NCBI GenBank assembly: GCA_038147295.1
Contig: JAYQTH010000002.1
Location: forward strand, 74,243 to 138,242
DNA: 64,000 nucleotides
Direction: 5' to 3'
Origin: Gammaproteobacteria bacterium
GTDB taxonomy: Bacteria > Pseudomonadota > Gammaproteobacteria > Magnimaribacterales > TMED112
Positions within the stretch are counted from its first letter, which is position 1. Each line of letters opens with the position of its first letter. Of the stretch, positions 1-10,160 are shown piece after piece. The notes under the pieces are model-generated. The model ran no database searches. It was not told the origin of the DNA and was given only the letters and a program-made list of their open reading frames with translations. The position numbers and the translations under genes are program-made.

Positions 1-108
1 ACCGATTTTATCTGCGATGCAATTAAAAATAGAGACAACAAAGAGGAATTGGAAAGAATTAAAAACGCTGTTGTCAAAATGTGTAATAACTTTCCTGTAT
101 ATAAATAA
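1..108 (+). CDS. glyA: serine hydroxymethyltransferase, C-terminal 35 codons (gene starts upstream of window)
   Basis: Frame 1 reads [35 protein letters not shown], closely resembling the E. coli GlyA C-terminus (..ERIKGKVLDICARYPVYA). Stop 106-108 overlaps the nrdR ATG (TAATG). Confidence 0.7.
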   Translation, partial: TDFICDAIKNRDNKEELERIKNAVVKMCNNFPVYK

Positions 109-560
109 TGTTCTGTCCTTTCTGCTCGAATGAAGAAACAAAAGTCATCGATTCAAGATTAGTTGCAAGTGGTTCTCAAATTAAAAGAAGAAGAGAATGC
201 ACTAGTTGCGAAGAGCGGTTCTCAACTTATGAAGAAGCCGAGTTGGTAATGCCAAGAATAATTAAATCCAATGATAGAAGAGAGCCTTTTGATGAAGAAA
301 AACTAAGAGCTGGCTTTCATAAAGCACTTGAAAAAAGACCTGTGGCATCCGATCAGATTGAAAATGCTGTTCAAGAGATTAAGGATGCAATTCGTAAGAT
401 TGGTGAACGAGAAGTACCCTCTCAGATACTTGGCAAACAAGTGATGAATAAATTAAAGGAACTGGATCAAGTTGCTTATGTCAGATTTGCCTCTGTATAT
501 CAAAATTTCCAAGATATTAAAGATTTTGCCGACGAAATCTCTGAACTATCCAAGAAATAA
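108..560 (+). CDS. nrdR: transcriptional repressor NrdR
   Basis: 150 aa. N-terminal zinc ribbon (CPFC...CTSC) followed by an ATP-cone. [14 protein letters not shown] signature. nrdR-ribD synteny. Confidence 0.95.
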   Translation: MFCPFCSNEETKVIDSRLVASGSQIKRRRECTSCEERFSTYEEAELVMPRIIKSNDRREPFDEEKLRAGFHKALEKRPVASDQIENAVQEIKDAIRKIGEREVPSQILGKQVMNKLKELDQVAYVRFASVYQNFQDIKDFADEISELSKK

Positions 561-1558
561 TGACTGATACTGAGCTCATGCGGCATGCTCTTAGTTTGTC
601 CTTAAAATACAAATTTACAGCAAAACCCAACCCTACTGTGGGTGCTTTAATTTACGATGGCAATAAAATCATTGCTGAGGGAGCTCATGAACAATATGGG
701 TCAAAACATGCAGAAATTAATTGTTTAGATGCTTTGGCTCAGAATAAAAGTAGTCTTAATCTAAGCGAGCTGACCTTATATTGCACACTTGAGCCATGCA
801 ATCACACAGGCAAAACAGGACCTTGCACAGAAGCAATAATTAAATCTGGAATTAAAAATGTAGTTATAGGCTGCATTGATCCAAATCCAATTGTAGCTGG
901 CAAGGGAATTAAAAAGCTAACCCAAAATGGCATAAATGTATCGGTTGGTGTCATCGAAGATGAAATAAAAACCAGCAGTAAATTTTTCTTTAAGCATGAA
1001 CAAAAAAGACCTTTCATCTGTATAAAAATTGCTGCATCTAAAGATGGTAAATCTCATAAAAATTATCAATTTGAATGGATCACTTCAGAAGGCTCTAGAG
1101 CCGATGTGCAGGAATTAAGAGCAGAGTATGATTGCATACTTACAGGCGGAAATACTGTCAGAGCAGATAACCCCAGGATGAATGCTAGAGTCCCTTTCAA
1201 TGTAAATCAGCCCAAGAGAATTCTTTTTTCAAAAAAGAATAATTGGAACAGAGAATTAAATTTTTTTGCAAACGACAATTTTGAGATCATTGATGCTGCA
1301 GATGTTAGGGAATTAATTCAAAAAATTAATAAACAAGATATAAGCTCAATCTTAGTTGAGGCTGGCCCTGCTTTAGTCAACGCCCTAATTAAAGAAAATT
1401 TATGTGATGAGCTAATAGTCTATGAAGCACAAAAAGTTCTGGGTGATGAGTATACAAGCTGGTTTGAAGATAAGCTTTTCCTTGATAAAAATGGTTTTCA
1501 ACTTAAATCTGACTATACTATTGGGTCCGATATTAAACGAGTTTATAAAAAATGCTAA
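560..1558 (+). CDS. ribD: bifunctional diaminohydroxyphosphoribosylaminopyrimidine deaminase / 5-amino-6-(5-phosphoribosylamino)uracil reductase
   Basis: 332 aa. Deaminase zinc motifs (HAE, LEPCNH..GKTGPC) followed by a RibD_C reductase domain. 1-nt overlap with the nrdR stop. Confidence 0.9.
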   Translation: MTDTELMRHALSLSLKYKFTAKPNPTVGALIYDGNKIIAEGAHEQYGSKHAEINCLDALAQNKSSLNLSELTLYCTLEPCNHTGKTGPCTEAIIKSGIKNVVIGCIDPNPIVAGKGIKKLTQNGINVSVGVIEDEIKTSSKFFFKHEQKRPFICIKIAASKDGKSHKNYQFEWITSEGSRADVQELRAEYDCILTGGNTVRADNPRMNARVPFNVNQPKRILFSKKNNWNRELNFFANDNFEIIDAADVRELIQKINKQDISSILVEAGPALVNALIKENLCDELIVYEAQKVLGDEYTSWFEDKLFLDKNGFQLKSDYTIGSDIKRVYKKC

Positions 1559-2631
1559 AACACAACATCCAAGAAATTATCCAAGATATTTCTCAAGGAA
1601 AAATGGTAATTATTCTTGACGATGAGGATCGAGAGAATGAGGGCGATCTTGTATGCGCTGCAGAAGCAGTAAGCGCAGAAACAATTAATTTCATGGCTAA
1701 ACATGGTCGTGGCTTAATATGTCTTACGCTGGATTCTAAAAAATGTGAAAAACTCAACCTCAAACCCATGGCTGCCAATAATATGGCAAATAATAAAACT
1801 GCCTTTACTGTATCAATTGAAGCCAAGACAGGCATAACCACAGGAATATCTGCTCAAGATCGAGCACATACCATTGCAACCGCTGTTAAAGTAGATGCAA
1901 CAGATAATGATATTGTTCAGCCTGGGCATGTTTTTCCTCTTAAAGCCATGGATGGTGGTGTTTTAGCGCGAGCAGGTCATACTGAAGCTGCATGTGATCT
2001 AGCAAAATTAGGAGGCTATTCAGCGGCTGGAGTAATCTGTGAAATTATGAATGACGACGGCTCAATGGCTAGGCGTGATGATCTTATTAAATTTGGTGAG
2101 AAGTTTGATATTAAAGTTGGAACCATCGCAGACCTTATTGATTTTAGACTTTCACAAGAATCTACAGTTGAAAAAATATTAGAAAAAGATATACAAACTG
2201 AGTTTGGTGAATTTAAGCTTGGAGTTTGGCGCGATATTATTTTTGATGAGCATCACTTTTCCCTGGTAAAGGGCGATCTTGCAAAAGTAGAATCACCCCT
2301 TGTTCGAGTGCAAACACAAAGTGTTTTACAGGATGCATTGGGCCTTGAAGAGCTCGGAAAAAATTGGTCGATTAAAAGATCATTGGAACGTATATCCAAA
2401 GAAAAAGCAGGCTTGTTTGTATTGATTAACCATAGAGATGCAAAATCCTATTGGTTGAAGCAACTGCTCAATGAAAAAGTCGAGGTAAAAAGAAATAGAA
2501 AAGTGATAGGTATTGGCGCACAGATCATTAAAGCTTTTGGTTTAAGTACCATTAAATTTATTGGAACCAAAAGAAAATATCCAGGTCTCTCTGGATTTAA
2601 TATAGAAATTGAAGAATTTGTCGATGAATAA
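1552..2631 (+). CDS. ribB: 3,4-dihydroxy-2-butanone 4-phosphate synthase with degenerate C-terminal GTP cyclohydrolase II-like domain
   Basis: 359 aa. The DHBP synthase N-half (DDEDRENEGDL, GHTEA) is clear. The C-half resembles RibA, but the Zn-binding Cys region reads VRVQTQSVLQDALG with no Cys, as in gammaproteobacterial RibBX-type proteins. Confidence 0.9.
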   Translation: MLKHNIQEIIQDISQGKMVIILDDEDRENEGDLVCAAEAVSAETINFMAKHGRGLICLTLDSKKCEKLNLKPMAANNMANNKTAFTVSIEAKTGITTGISAQDRAHTIATAVKVDATDNDIVQPGHVFPLKAMDGGVLARAGHTEAACDLAKLGGYSAAGVICEIMNDDGSMARRDDLIKFGEKFDIKVGTIADLIDFRLSQESTVEKILEKDIQTEFGEFKLGVWRDIIFDEHHFSLVKGDLAKVESPLVRVQTQSVLQDALGLEELGKNWSIKRSLERISKEKAGLFVLINHRDAKSYWLKQLLNEKVEVKRNRKVIGIGAQIIKAFGLSTIKFIGTKRKYPGLSGFNIEIEEFVDE

Positions 2632-3079
2632 TAAGCCGTTGTTTAATGTTAGTGATAGCAATCTCGCGGGCAAAAAAGCCTTACTGCTTTCTACTGTGTG
2701 GAATGCTGAGATACTTGCCCCAATGCAGAATGAAATACTATCTGTGCTGGAAAGCAAAAACATTGAGTGCGTGAATATGCAGTGTCCAGGCTCACTAGAA
2801 CTGGCAGCAACTGCAAAAAGATATATGACAAATAATCACATAGACGGACTGATCGCCATCGGCCTTGTGGTGAAAGGAGGCACACCTCACTTTAAATTAG
2901 TTTGCAACGAAACGTATCGATCATTGGGTAATCTTGCGTATGACTTTGAAAATATTCCAGTAATAAATGGTGTATTGACAGTTGAAAACTTAGTTCAGGC
3001 AGAAGAAAGAATAAACCCTGCAAAAATCAATAAAGGAAGAGAGTTTGCAGATTCATTAATTCATCTGCTGAGTGCCTAA
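2609..3079 (+). CDS. ribH: 6,7-dimethyl-8-ribityllumazine synthase
   Basis: 156 aa with rib operon position and a lumazine synthase-like core (..GLVVKGGTPHF..). An alternative ATG at 2624 would overlap the ribB stop (ATGAATAA). Confidence 0.88.
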   Translation: MKNLSMNNKPLFNVSDSNLAGKKALLLSTVWNAEILAPMQNEILSVLESKNIECVNMQCPGSLELAATAKRYMTNNHIDGLIAIGLVVKGGTPHFKLVCNETYRSLGNLAYDFENIPVINGVLTVENLVQAEERINPAKINKGREFADSLIHLLSA

Positions 3080-3497
3080 AGTGAAAAATTTAGCCAGATT
3101 CAAAGAAAAGGTAAATGCACGAAATATTATGGTGCAGGCCATGTATCAACTTTCATTTGGTCATAATACAGCAAAAGAGATTGAAGATTCATTTGTCAAA
3201 GAATTTACAAAAACCAAAGTTGATTACATTTTTTTTAAGAATATTTTTAAATATACAGTAAAAAATAATGACGCACTAAAAGAGCAAATATATTCAAAAT
3301 CTGATCTTGAATTATTTGGCATAAAAAAAATTGATGTAATGGAAGAAAACATTCTCATGCTTATTTTGTCTGAATATGAATTGGATCAAACCCCAAAAAA
3401 TATATTAATAGATGAAGCAGTTAGGCTCTCAAAAAAATTTGGGGCTGACAATGCTTATAAATTTGTTAATGCCACTCTAGATACTTTATTAAAATAA
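3072..3497 (+). CDS. nusB: transcription antitermination factor NusB
   Basis: 141 aa with a GTG start. Has the ribH-nusB synteny and the NusB-like ..ARNIMVQAMYQ.. N-terminus. Confidence 0.88.
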   Translation: MPKVKNLARFKEKVNARNIMVQAMYQLSFGHNTAKEIEDSFVKEFTKTKVDYIFFKNIFKYTVKNNDALKEQIYSKSDLELFGIKKIDVMEENILMLILSEYELDQTPKNILIDEAVRLSKKFGADNAYKFVNATLDTLLK

Positions 3498-3547
3498 CAG
3501 TCTCACCAGATTTAATTTATAATCTTTAGTTCAAATAAGGAGGGAAA

Positions 3548-4087
3548 ATGAATGACAATATTAAATCAGCTTTAATAATTGGTGGCTTGGTAGGGGGAGC
3601 AATCTTGCTTAATGGTCAACTAACAAAAGAGGAATGTCCTCATCATGCCATGCATATGAAAAACCATGAAATGCATATGAACATGATGAAGCCTGGTATG
3701 AAGAATCATGCATTGGTAATTGATGATGTTGAGCTTGATCAAGATTTTGAGTGGAACTCAGAGGATGGGAAAAAAATAAGAATAGTTAAAAAATCATCGG
3801 GTGATGTCGATTTACTAAAGTCAGATGCTAAAGTTCTGATGTTCAAAACAGATAAAAAGCTAGATGTATCAGACATAGATAACCTTGATATCAATGAAAT
3901 TGAGCAAATAATAGTTCAATCAATCGAAGATGGTTCTGACATTGCTGAAAATCTTAAAGATATAGAAATCATTAAGTCTTTTGAAGATGTTGATGTAGAA
4001 GTAAATGAGTTAATTGACATCGATACTGAAGATGGAAAAAAAGTTCAAGTAAAAGTAATGGTGAAGAAAAAGGCTGAACAAGATTAA
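3548..4087 (+). CDS. hypothetical membrane-anchored protein with His/Met-rich tract and acidic C-terminal region
   Basis: 179 aa with a strong SD (AAGGAGGG) 5 nt upstream. One N-terminal hydrophobic helix, then ECPHHAMHMKNHEMHMNMMKPGMKNH. Internal repeat EDGKKIRIVKK / EDGKKVQVKVMVKK. I recognise no family. Confidence 0.65.
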   Translation: MNDNIKSALIIGGLVGGAILLNGQLTKEECPHHAMHMKNHEMHMNMMKPGMKNHALVIDDVELDQDFEWNSEDGKKIRIVKKSSGDVDLLKSDAKVLMFKTDKKLDVSDIDNLDINEIEQIIVQSIEDGSDIAENLKDIEIIKSFEDVDVEVNELIDIDTEDGKKVQVKVMVKKKAEQD

Positions 4088-4088
4088 A

Positions 4089-4856
4089 TTGAAAAAGATT
4101 GGATTTATTGGTTGCGGCCATCTGGCAAAGTCACTCATATCTGGCCTCGAGAAAAGTTCTGAATACCAGATATCTGGGTATGATATTTTAGAGGCAAATC
4201 TAAACTGGTTAAGTGAGAGAGGTCATGCAGCCATTGAGCTGGAAGAGTGTCTTGATAATTCTGATATCCTCTTTTTGTGTGTTAAACCGCAAGATATGTC
4301 AGAAGTATGCTCAAGCATTGCTGATCGTATCAAGGATGACATAAATATTGTTAGTGTCGCAGCTGGGGTTAAACTGCAGACCCTTTTTGACTTACTTCCT
4401 ACCAAAAAAATCTTTAGAGTCATGACAAATGTCGGTACGAAAGATAACTTGGGTGTGACCGCTGTATACTCGCAGACAGATAATTCTGAAATTTTAAATT
4501 TATTTAATTTTCTTGGGAAAGCTTTTGAGGTAAACGATGAGAACCAAATAGATATTCATACAGTGCTAGTTGGCAGCGGGCCAGCATTTTTCTTTGAGTT
4601 AATAAATGAATTTGAAGAGAGACTAACTGAGCTAGTAGAAGATCAAGATAATAAAAGAGAAATTACTATTCTCTTTTTGACAAGCTTGATAAGTGCAATT
4701 AAGAATGGCGAGAATTTAGATGATCTTATTGATTCTGTAGCATCAAAAGGGGGAACTACTGAGGCAGGATTAAACTTACTAAGAGAAAAGGGATTTACAA
4801 AGATCTTTTCTGATGGGGTCAATAAAGGCATCCAAAGAGCCAAAGAGCTATCTTAA
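4089..4856 (+). CDS. proC: pyrroline-5-carboxylate reductase
   Basis: 255 aa with a TTG start. N-terminal Rossmann GFIGCGHLA and the C-terminal ..SKGGTTEAGL.. motif typical of ProC. Confidence 0.85.
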   Translation: MKKIGFIGCGHLAKSLISGLEKSSEYQISGYDILEANLNWLSERGHAAIELEECLDNSDILFLCVKPQDMSEVCSSIADRIKDDINIVSVAAGVKLQTLFDLLPTKKIFRVMTNVGTKDNLGVTAVYSQTDNSEILNLFNFLGKAFEVNDENQIDIHTVLVGSGPAFFFELINEFEERLTELVEDQDNKREITILFLTSLISAIKNGENLDDLIDSVASKGGTTEAGLNLLREKGFTKIFSDGVNKGIQRAKELS

Positions 4857-6110
4857 GATTAAGTCGTTTCGATTTGGGCCATTTGAAATTAAGGACACCT
4901 TGGTTTTAGTGTGCTCTTCAATTAATTCAATAAAGTGTTTTGCCTGAGCTGGCAAATCTTCGTAAGCATTAAATGAATTAAGTGATTGGTTCCACCCCTC
5001 AATTTCTTTATAAATTGGTTTGACCTTATGAAGAAGTCTCGACTTAAAAGATACCTCTTGCCTATCAAGCTCATAGCCAATGCATACTTTAATCTTTTCG
5101 AAAGAATCTAAGACATCAAGTTTTGTGATGCACAAGCTTGTTAAGTTATTTAATTTTGCTGAATACTCTAAAGCTACTAGATCTAACCAACCACATCGCC
5201 TAGGTCTGCCAGTTGTTGCACCAAACTCATGACCAATTTCTGCTATTTTTTTTCCATCTTCACAAAAAAGTTCTGTGGGAAATGGTCCCGCCCCAACTCT
5301 GGTTGTGTAGGCTTTTGCTACTCCCAAAACATCGGCGTAAATACTTTTCGGAAAACCAGACCCTATACCAACTGAAGTGGCCAAAGTGTTTGAAGATGTT
5401 ACATATGGATAGGTCCCATAATCGACATCCAGCAGGGTACCTTGTGCACCTTCATAGAGAATGCTGCCTCCTTGATCATGTATAGCCTCCAAATTATCTG
5501 TAACGTCGCCAAAATACTTTGCTGCTTTCTGGTAGGTTTCCTTTAAATCCTGCAGAACCTCAAGATTATCTATTGGGTCTAGGCCATGAATAGTCTCAAA
5601 CTGATAATTGTAGTAATCAACTAGAGCATTTACCTTAGACTCTAACAAATCTGAATCTTCCAGATCAAAAGCTTTAATGCTTCTTCTGGCAGTTTTATCT
5701 TCATATGCAGGGCCTATGCCTCTACGTGTAGTGCCAATAGAGTTTTTTGCATCTTCCCTTAGTTGGTCAATTTTTGCATGGAGGGGTAATAATAAGCTGC
5801 AATATCTACTAATTTTTAATTTTCCGCTTAAGTCTATGCCTTTTTCTTCAAGCTGCCTTATTTCTTCAAGCAATGAGTCCAGTGAAAGGATGACTCCTTG
5901 CCCAATAAAGCATGATGTATGATCATAAAAAACTCCAGAAGGAATTAGGTGTAAAACAAACTTTTCATCACCTTTATATATAGTATGGCCAGCGTTGTGA
6001 CCGCCTTGAAACCTACATACTGCGTCAAATTGTTTTGAAAAATAATCGACAATTTTCCCTTTTCCTTCGTCCCCCCATTGAGTTCCAACTAGGATCAGGG
6101 AATTTCTCAT
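4848..6110 (-). CDS. purA: adenylosuccinate synthetase
   Basis: 420 aa. Carries the GTQWGDEGKGK P-loop and the GIGPAYEDK and TTGRPRRCGW motifs. Confidence 0.95.
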   Translation of the reverse strand: MRNSLILVGTQWGDEGKGKIVDYFSKQFDAVCRFQGGHNAGHTIYKGDEKFVLHLIPSGVFYDHTSCFIGQGVILSLDSLLEEIRQLEEKGIDLSGKLKISRYCSLLLPLHAKIDQLREDAKNSIGTTRRGIGPAYEDKTARRSIKAFDLEDSDLLESKVNALVDYYNYQFETIHGLDPIDNLEVLQDLKETYQKAAKYFGDVTDNLEAIHDQGGSILYEGAQGTLLDVDYGTYPYVTSSNTLATSVGIGSGFPKSIYADVLGVAKAYTTRVGAGPFPTELFCEDGKKIAEIGHEFGATTGRPRRCGWLDLVALEYSAKLNNLTSLCITKLDVLDSFEKIKVCIGYELDRQEVSFKSRLLHKVKPIYKEIEGWNQSLNSFNAYEDLPAQAKHFIELIEEHTKTKVSLISNGPNRNDLILR

Positions 6111-6113
6111 CGA

Positions 6114-6980
6114 TTATTGTTTTTCAGATTTATTTAAATACTTAAAATAGTCGCTATCAGGATCAAGAAGAAGAATATCTCCCTTATCTTTAAAAGTTTC
6201 TCTATAAGCCTTTAAACTACGTGTGAAATCATAAAACTCCGGGTCTTTATTAAATGCATCAGCATAAGTAGCAGTTGCGATTGCATCACCTTCACCACGT
6301 ATTCTTTCTGATTCTCTAGTAGCATTGGCTAAGATAATGGTTCTTTGCCTATCAGCATCAGCTCTTATATTTTCTGCTAACTCTCTACCTTCAGCTCTTA
6401 ACTCTTCGGCTATTCTATTTCTTTCAGTCTTCATTCTCTCGAATACTGAAGTTCGTATCTCCCTTTCAAAGTCTATTCTTTTTACACGAAAGTCAACAAT
6501 CTCCACTCCAAGTTCACTTGAATCTTCTCCAAGTGAATTTTTTAGAGATTCCATTAATCCATCTCTATCTCCAGACACAACTTCCTGGAGTGTTCTTTTA
6601 CCGAATTCGTTTCTTAATTTATCTCTTACCCTTCTTTGCAAAGTATCCTCAGCTACCCTATCTTGTCCACCATTTGTTGAGGTGTAAAATGTTTCCGCAT
6701 CTACTATCTTGTACTTCACAAATGAATCAACTAACAGAGGTTTGGATTCGCTTGATAAAACTCTATCTGGTTGCGTATCTAAAGTTCTAAGTCTTCCTTC
6801 AAACTTGATGGCAGTATCCATTAAGGGCACTTTAAAGTTAAGGCCTGGATTTAAAGTTCTTTCAAAGGCACCCAGTTTAAGAAGAATCGCTTTTTCTGTA
6901 TCTTTAACAACAACAATTGCCTGTGCTCCAACAATCAGCAGTAACAATGCCACAAAAAGCACAAAATTTCCCTTATTCAT
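6114..6980 (-). CDS. hflC: protease modulator HflC (SPFH/band 7)
   Basis: 288 aa with an N-terminal TM and an SPFH domain. hflK-hflC-purA synteny. Confidence 0.9.
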   Translation of the reverse strand: MNKGNFVLFVALLLLIVGAQAIVVVKDTEKAILLKLGAFERTLNPGLNFKVPLMDTAIKFEGRLRTLDTQPDRVLSSESKPLLVDSFVKYKIVDAETFYTSTNGGQDRVAEDTLQRRVRDKLRNEFGKRTLQEVVSGDRDGLMESLKNSLGEDSSELGVEIVDFRVKRIDFEREIRTSVFERMKTERNRIAEELRAEGRELAENIRADADRQRTIILANATRESERIRGEGDAIATATYADAFNKDPEFYDFTRSLKAYRETFKDKGDILLLDPDSDYFKYLNKSEKQ

Positions 6981-8004
6981 CGTCTTCCTCCTCTCTCTTC
7001 ATTAATTGATCTAGAGGTAAGTAAAGAAGATTATTTCCTCCCTCAACATCTATCATTATTTTGGTGCTTGAGGAAAAAACCTGTTCTAAAGAATCTAAAT
7101 AAAGTCTCTCTCTTGTAACTTCAGGGGCTTTCTTATACTCCGCTAAGAGAGCTGAAAATCTGTCAGCTTCACCTTCAGCTACTGCCATTACTTTTTGCTT
7201 ATAAGCTTCAGCATCTTGAAGTTGTCTTTGAGCATCTCCTCTTGCAACAGGCACAATGGATAATGCATATTTTTGTGCTTCATTTCGTAACCGCTCCTTA
7301 TCTTCACGAGCAGCTACGACATCTCTAAAAGAGTCAATAACTTCAGCAGGCGGTTGACGTTGCTCTATGTTTACCTGTTGAACTGAGATCCCTGATTCGT
7401 ATATTGCTAGATACTCATCAAGCCTCAAAAGAATACCTGAGCTAATTGCAGCAGCACCAGATGTTAGAAGGTCATCCATTAAATTTTCACCAACAACATG
7501 TCTAAGTGCGCTCTCTGCAGCTTGTCTTATGGTTATTTCTGGATCTTCAACATTTAAAGAATAAGCTTTTAAATCACTAATGGTGTACTGAACGTTTAAC
7601 TCTACGTCTACTATGTTTTCATCTTTGGTAAGCATATTGGTTGGCAACACAAAAGTACGTATCTTCGCTATATTTTCAGAGGCATATATCTCTTCAATTA
7701 CTGGAAAGTGAAATTGCAGTCCAGGCCCAAGAACTCTGTTGTATTTGCCTAGTGTGAAGACAACCTCTCTATTTGCCTCGTTGACGATTCTAAGACCAAG
7801 AAATGCATAAAGGGCAAATAAGATTAACAATAGATATGAAAAATATTTCCATGTAAATTTAAAGCTTGCGCCTCCACCATTGGAACCACTTCCTCCAGAT
7901 TTACCTGAGAAAAACATTTTTCTTAACTGCTCGATAGCATCATCAAGATCAGGAGGATTATTTTTTCTACCCCATGGATCTTTTTCATTTGGATTCCAAC
8001 TCAT
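6973..8004 (-). CDS. hflK: protease modulator HflK (SPFH/band 7)
   Basis: 343 aa. Has a Gly-rich N-terminus, a TM and an SPFH domain. Overlaps hflC by 8 nt. Confidence 0.9.
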   Translation of the reverse strand: MSWNPNEKDPWGRKNNPPDLDDAIEQLRKMFFSGKSGGSGSNGGGASFKFTWKYFSYLLLILFALYAFLGLRIVNEANREVVFTLGKYNRVLGPGLQFHFPVIEEIYASENIAKIRTFVLPTNMLTKDENIVDVELNVQYTISDLKAYSLNVEDPEITIRQAAESALRHVVGENLMDDLLTSGAAAISSGILLRLDEYLAIYESGISVQQVNIEQRQPPAEVIDSFRDVVAAREDKERLRNEAQKYALSIVPVARGDAQRQLQDAEAYKQKVMAVAEGEADRFSALLAEYKKAPEVTRERLYLDSLEQVFSSSTKIMIDVEGGNNLLYLPLDQLMKREEEDDE

Positions 8005-8948
8005 ATAATGTGTCTCCTTAAATAAGTATCTATTGTAGCAGATAATTTATCTTTAATTTTTGTATCGCTACACTCTAAATGTGTGTCTATGTCTATTTTT
8101 TTCAACCAAGTTTGTTGTGATTTTATAAGTAATTTAGTGGCTTTATTAGCATCATAAAAACAATCATCAAGCGATACATCTTCAAGGAGATGTGGTAAGA
8201 ACTGCTTGTAGTTAATTGCTTGCATACTTTGGTTTTGCTTGGTTAAGTCATACTTTTCTATTAGTTGTTCAATCTCCTGCAATAAACCATTTTGTAAAAT
8301 TTCATTAAGTCTTTTCTTAGACCTCTCTGCAAGAAGGGTTTTTTCATCATTTACCGCAGCTAAATGAACTGTTTTTTTATCAAACAATTGAATTTTTGGT
8401 TGCTGCTTAAGAGTAGAAAGCTTTTCCCCAGTAATATGAATGATTTCCAAAGCCCTAATAAGCCGGCGAGGATTATATATATCTATCTCCTTAAATAAAG
8501 CTTGGTCTAATGCGGCAAGCTCTGATTGAATCTTATTTAATCCTTCTTGCTCATATTTTTTTTCAACTTTCCTCCGTGTCTCTTTGCAAGAAGGGAAATC
8601 ATGAAAACCATTTATTAATACATTGTGAAACATCATTGAGCCACCAACGAAGAGGGGAATTTTCCCTTTAGATTTAATTGCAAGAATCGATCTATCTAAA
8701 AAATCTAAAAAAATACCCAAACTAAAATTTACATTTGGAGGAATAATATCTACCAGGTGATGCTTGTATTTACTAAGTTGTGCTTTTGTTGGCTTGCATG
8801 AACCAATATTTAGGCTTTGATAAACCATCGCTGAATCTATGCTAAAAATCTCTACTGGAAAGCTTTCAGCAATATGCATTGAGAGATCAGTTTTACCAGA
8901 TGCGGTCGGACCCAGCAAGAAAATTGCAGGCATGCTGTATTTACTCAT
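8001..8948 (-). CDS. miaA: tRNA dimethylallyltransferase
   Basis: 315 aa. P-loop GPTASGKT and an IPPT family layout. miaA-hflK order (hfq/hflX absent between them). Confidence 0.9.
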   Translation of the reverse strand: MSKYSMPAIFLLGPTASGKTDLSMHIAESFPVEIFSIDSAMVYQSLNIGSCKPTKAQLSKYKHHLVDIIPPNVNFSLGIFLDFLDRSILAIKSKGKIPLFVGGSMMFHNVLINGFHDFPSCKETRRKVEKKYEQEGLNKIQSELAALDQALFKEIDIYNPRRLIRALEIIHITGEKLSTLKQQPKIQLFDKKTVHLAAVNDEKTLLAERSKKRLNEILQNGLLQEIEQLIEKYDLTKQNQSMQAINYKQFLPHLLEDVSLDDCFYDANKATKLLIKSQQTWLKKIDIDTHLECSDTKIKDKLSATIDTYLRRHII

Positions 8949-10158
8949 CTGTTAAGGCAGAAAGGATCACCGAATAATTGCCTGAGTATTCTTCAAGTTT
9001 CTCTTTCTGTAAAAATAATCTTTCGTTTCTTTGAGATTCAATTTTAAGATCTGAAATAATGCCAGCCAATTCTTTTTTATCTTTGAAAGTCATCACTGGA
9101 CCTTCGGAGCAGAATATTTTCTTTAGCTCTTTAAAGTTACTTAGATTTTCGCCTGTAATGGATACGGTATTTGCATGTATAGGTTCAATAAAATTATGTC
9201 CTTTAGTAAATATTATACTGCCTCCAACAATTGCTATATCACAGGCAGAGTACAACTCATAAAGGTCTCCAACTTTATCAAATAAAACTATTTCTGAAGT
9301 TTCATGATTGTTTTGGTGGGAGTAAATTGAGAAATTAAGTCTTTGGTTTTGAAACGTACCACTTAAAGCATGAAATCGTTCGGGGTGTCTTGGTGCAATT
9401 ATCAGCTGCATGTCATGCAATGATTTTAAAGCCTCTATAATAAAATCTTCCTCACCTTCATGAGTGCTGCCAGCCACTACTTTTAACCTATTTTTTGCAA
9501 GCTTGCTGGCAATATCATTGGCTTTTTCTTCATTAAGCCGATAGTTCTCAGGGCTTAATTTTATGTTCCCCACTACTTTAATATTGCTTGCCTGAAACTC
9601 AAGAAGATATGATTTAATTTCGTTGGTTTGAGCGAGAAACAAATCAAACCTTCTAATAAGCTGGTCTGAAAAAGGCTTAAACAGTCGCATTTTTTTTAGA
9701 GTCTTTTCTGATATGGTGGTGTTTAGCGATATAAGTTGAACATTTTTAGGTTTTGAAAAAATTAAGTTTGGCCAAAATTCACTCTCAAATAATATGATTT
9801 TAGAAACATTAAAATTGCTAATTATTTTTTGATGCAAAAAATTCAAATCGTATGGAAATGGCATTACAACAACACTATCTGTGGAGTATTTATTTAATAT
9901 TTCGGTTAATCCCGTATTGGTGGATGAAGTGAATAATATTTTTTTTTCTTCGTTGAGCAAGGAACTTACAATTCCTGATAAAGCTCTAACCTCACCAAGA
10001 CTTACACCATGTATCCAAATGTGTTCATCTTGAGACTTATCAATAAAGCCAAATTTACTTTTGAAAAAGTTAACACCTTTAACTCTTTTTGTTAGAAAGT
10101 CTCTAATAATTATCAAAGGAAGAGCTAGAATGTATATTAAGTTGTAAACAAAGATCAT
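8941..10158 (-). CDS. waaA: 3-deoxy-D-manno-octulosonic acid (Kdo) transferase
   Basis: 405 aa. N-terminal anchor and the HGVSLGE motif typical of KdtA/WaaA. Divergent from lpxL. Confidence 0.85.
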   Translation of the reverse strand: MIFVYNLIYILALPLIIIRDFLTKRVKGVNFFKSKFGFIDKSQDEHIWIHGVSLGEVRALSGIVSSLLNEEKKILFTSSTNTGLTEILNKYSTDSVVVMPFPYDLNFLHQKIISNFNVSKIILFESEFWPNLIFSKPKNVQLISLNTTISEKTLKKMRLFKPFSDQLIRRFDLFLAQTNEIKSYLLEFQASNIKVVGNIKLSPENYRLNEEKANDIASKLAKNRLKVVAGSTHEGEEDFIIEALKSLHDMQLIIAPRHPERFHALSGTFQNQRLNFSIYSHQNNHETSEIVLFDKVGDLYELYSACDIAIVGGSIIFTKGHNFIEPIHANTVSITGENLSNFKELKKIFCSEGPVMTFKDKKELAGIISDLKIESQRNERLFLQKEKLEEYSGNYSVILSALTDE

Positions 10159-10160
10159 CG

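Noticed and set aside
1552-2631. RibB fused to a GTP cyclohydrolase II-like domain lacking the Zn-binding cysteines
   Set aside because: This degenerate RibBX arrangement is already well known in Gammaproteobacteria and is not novel.
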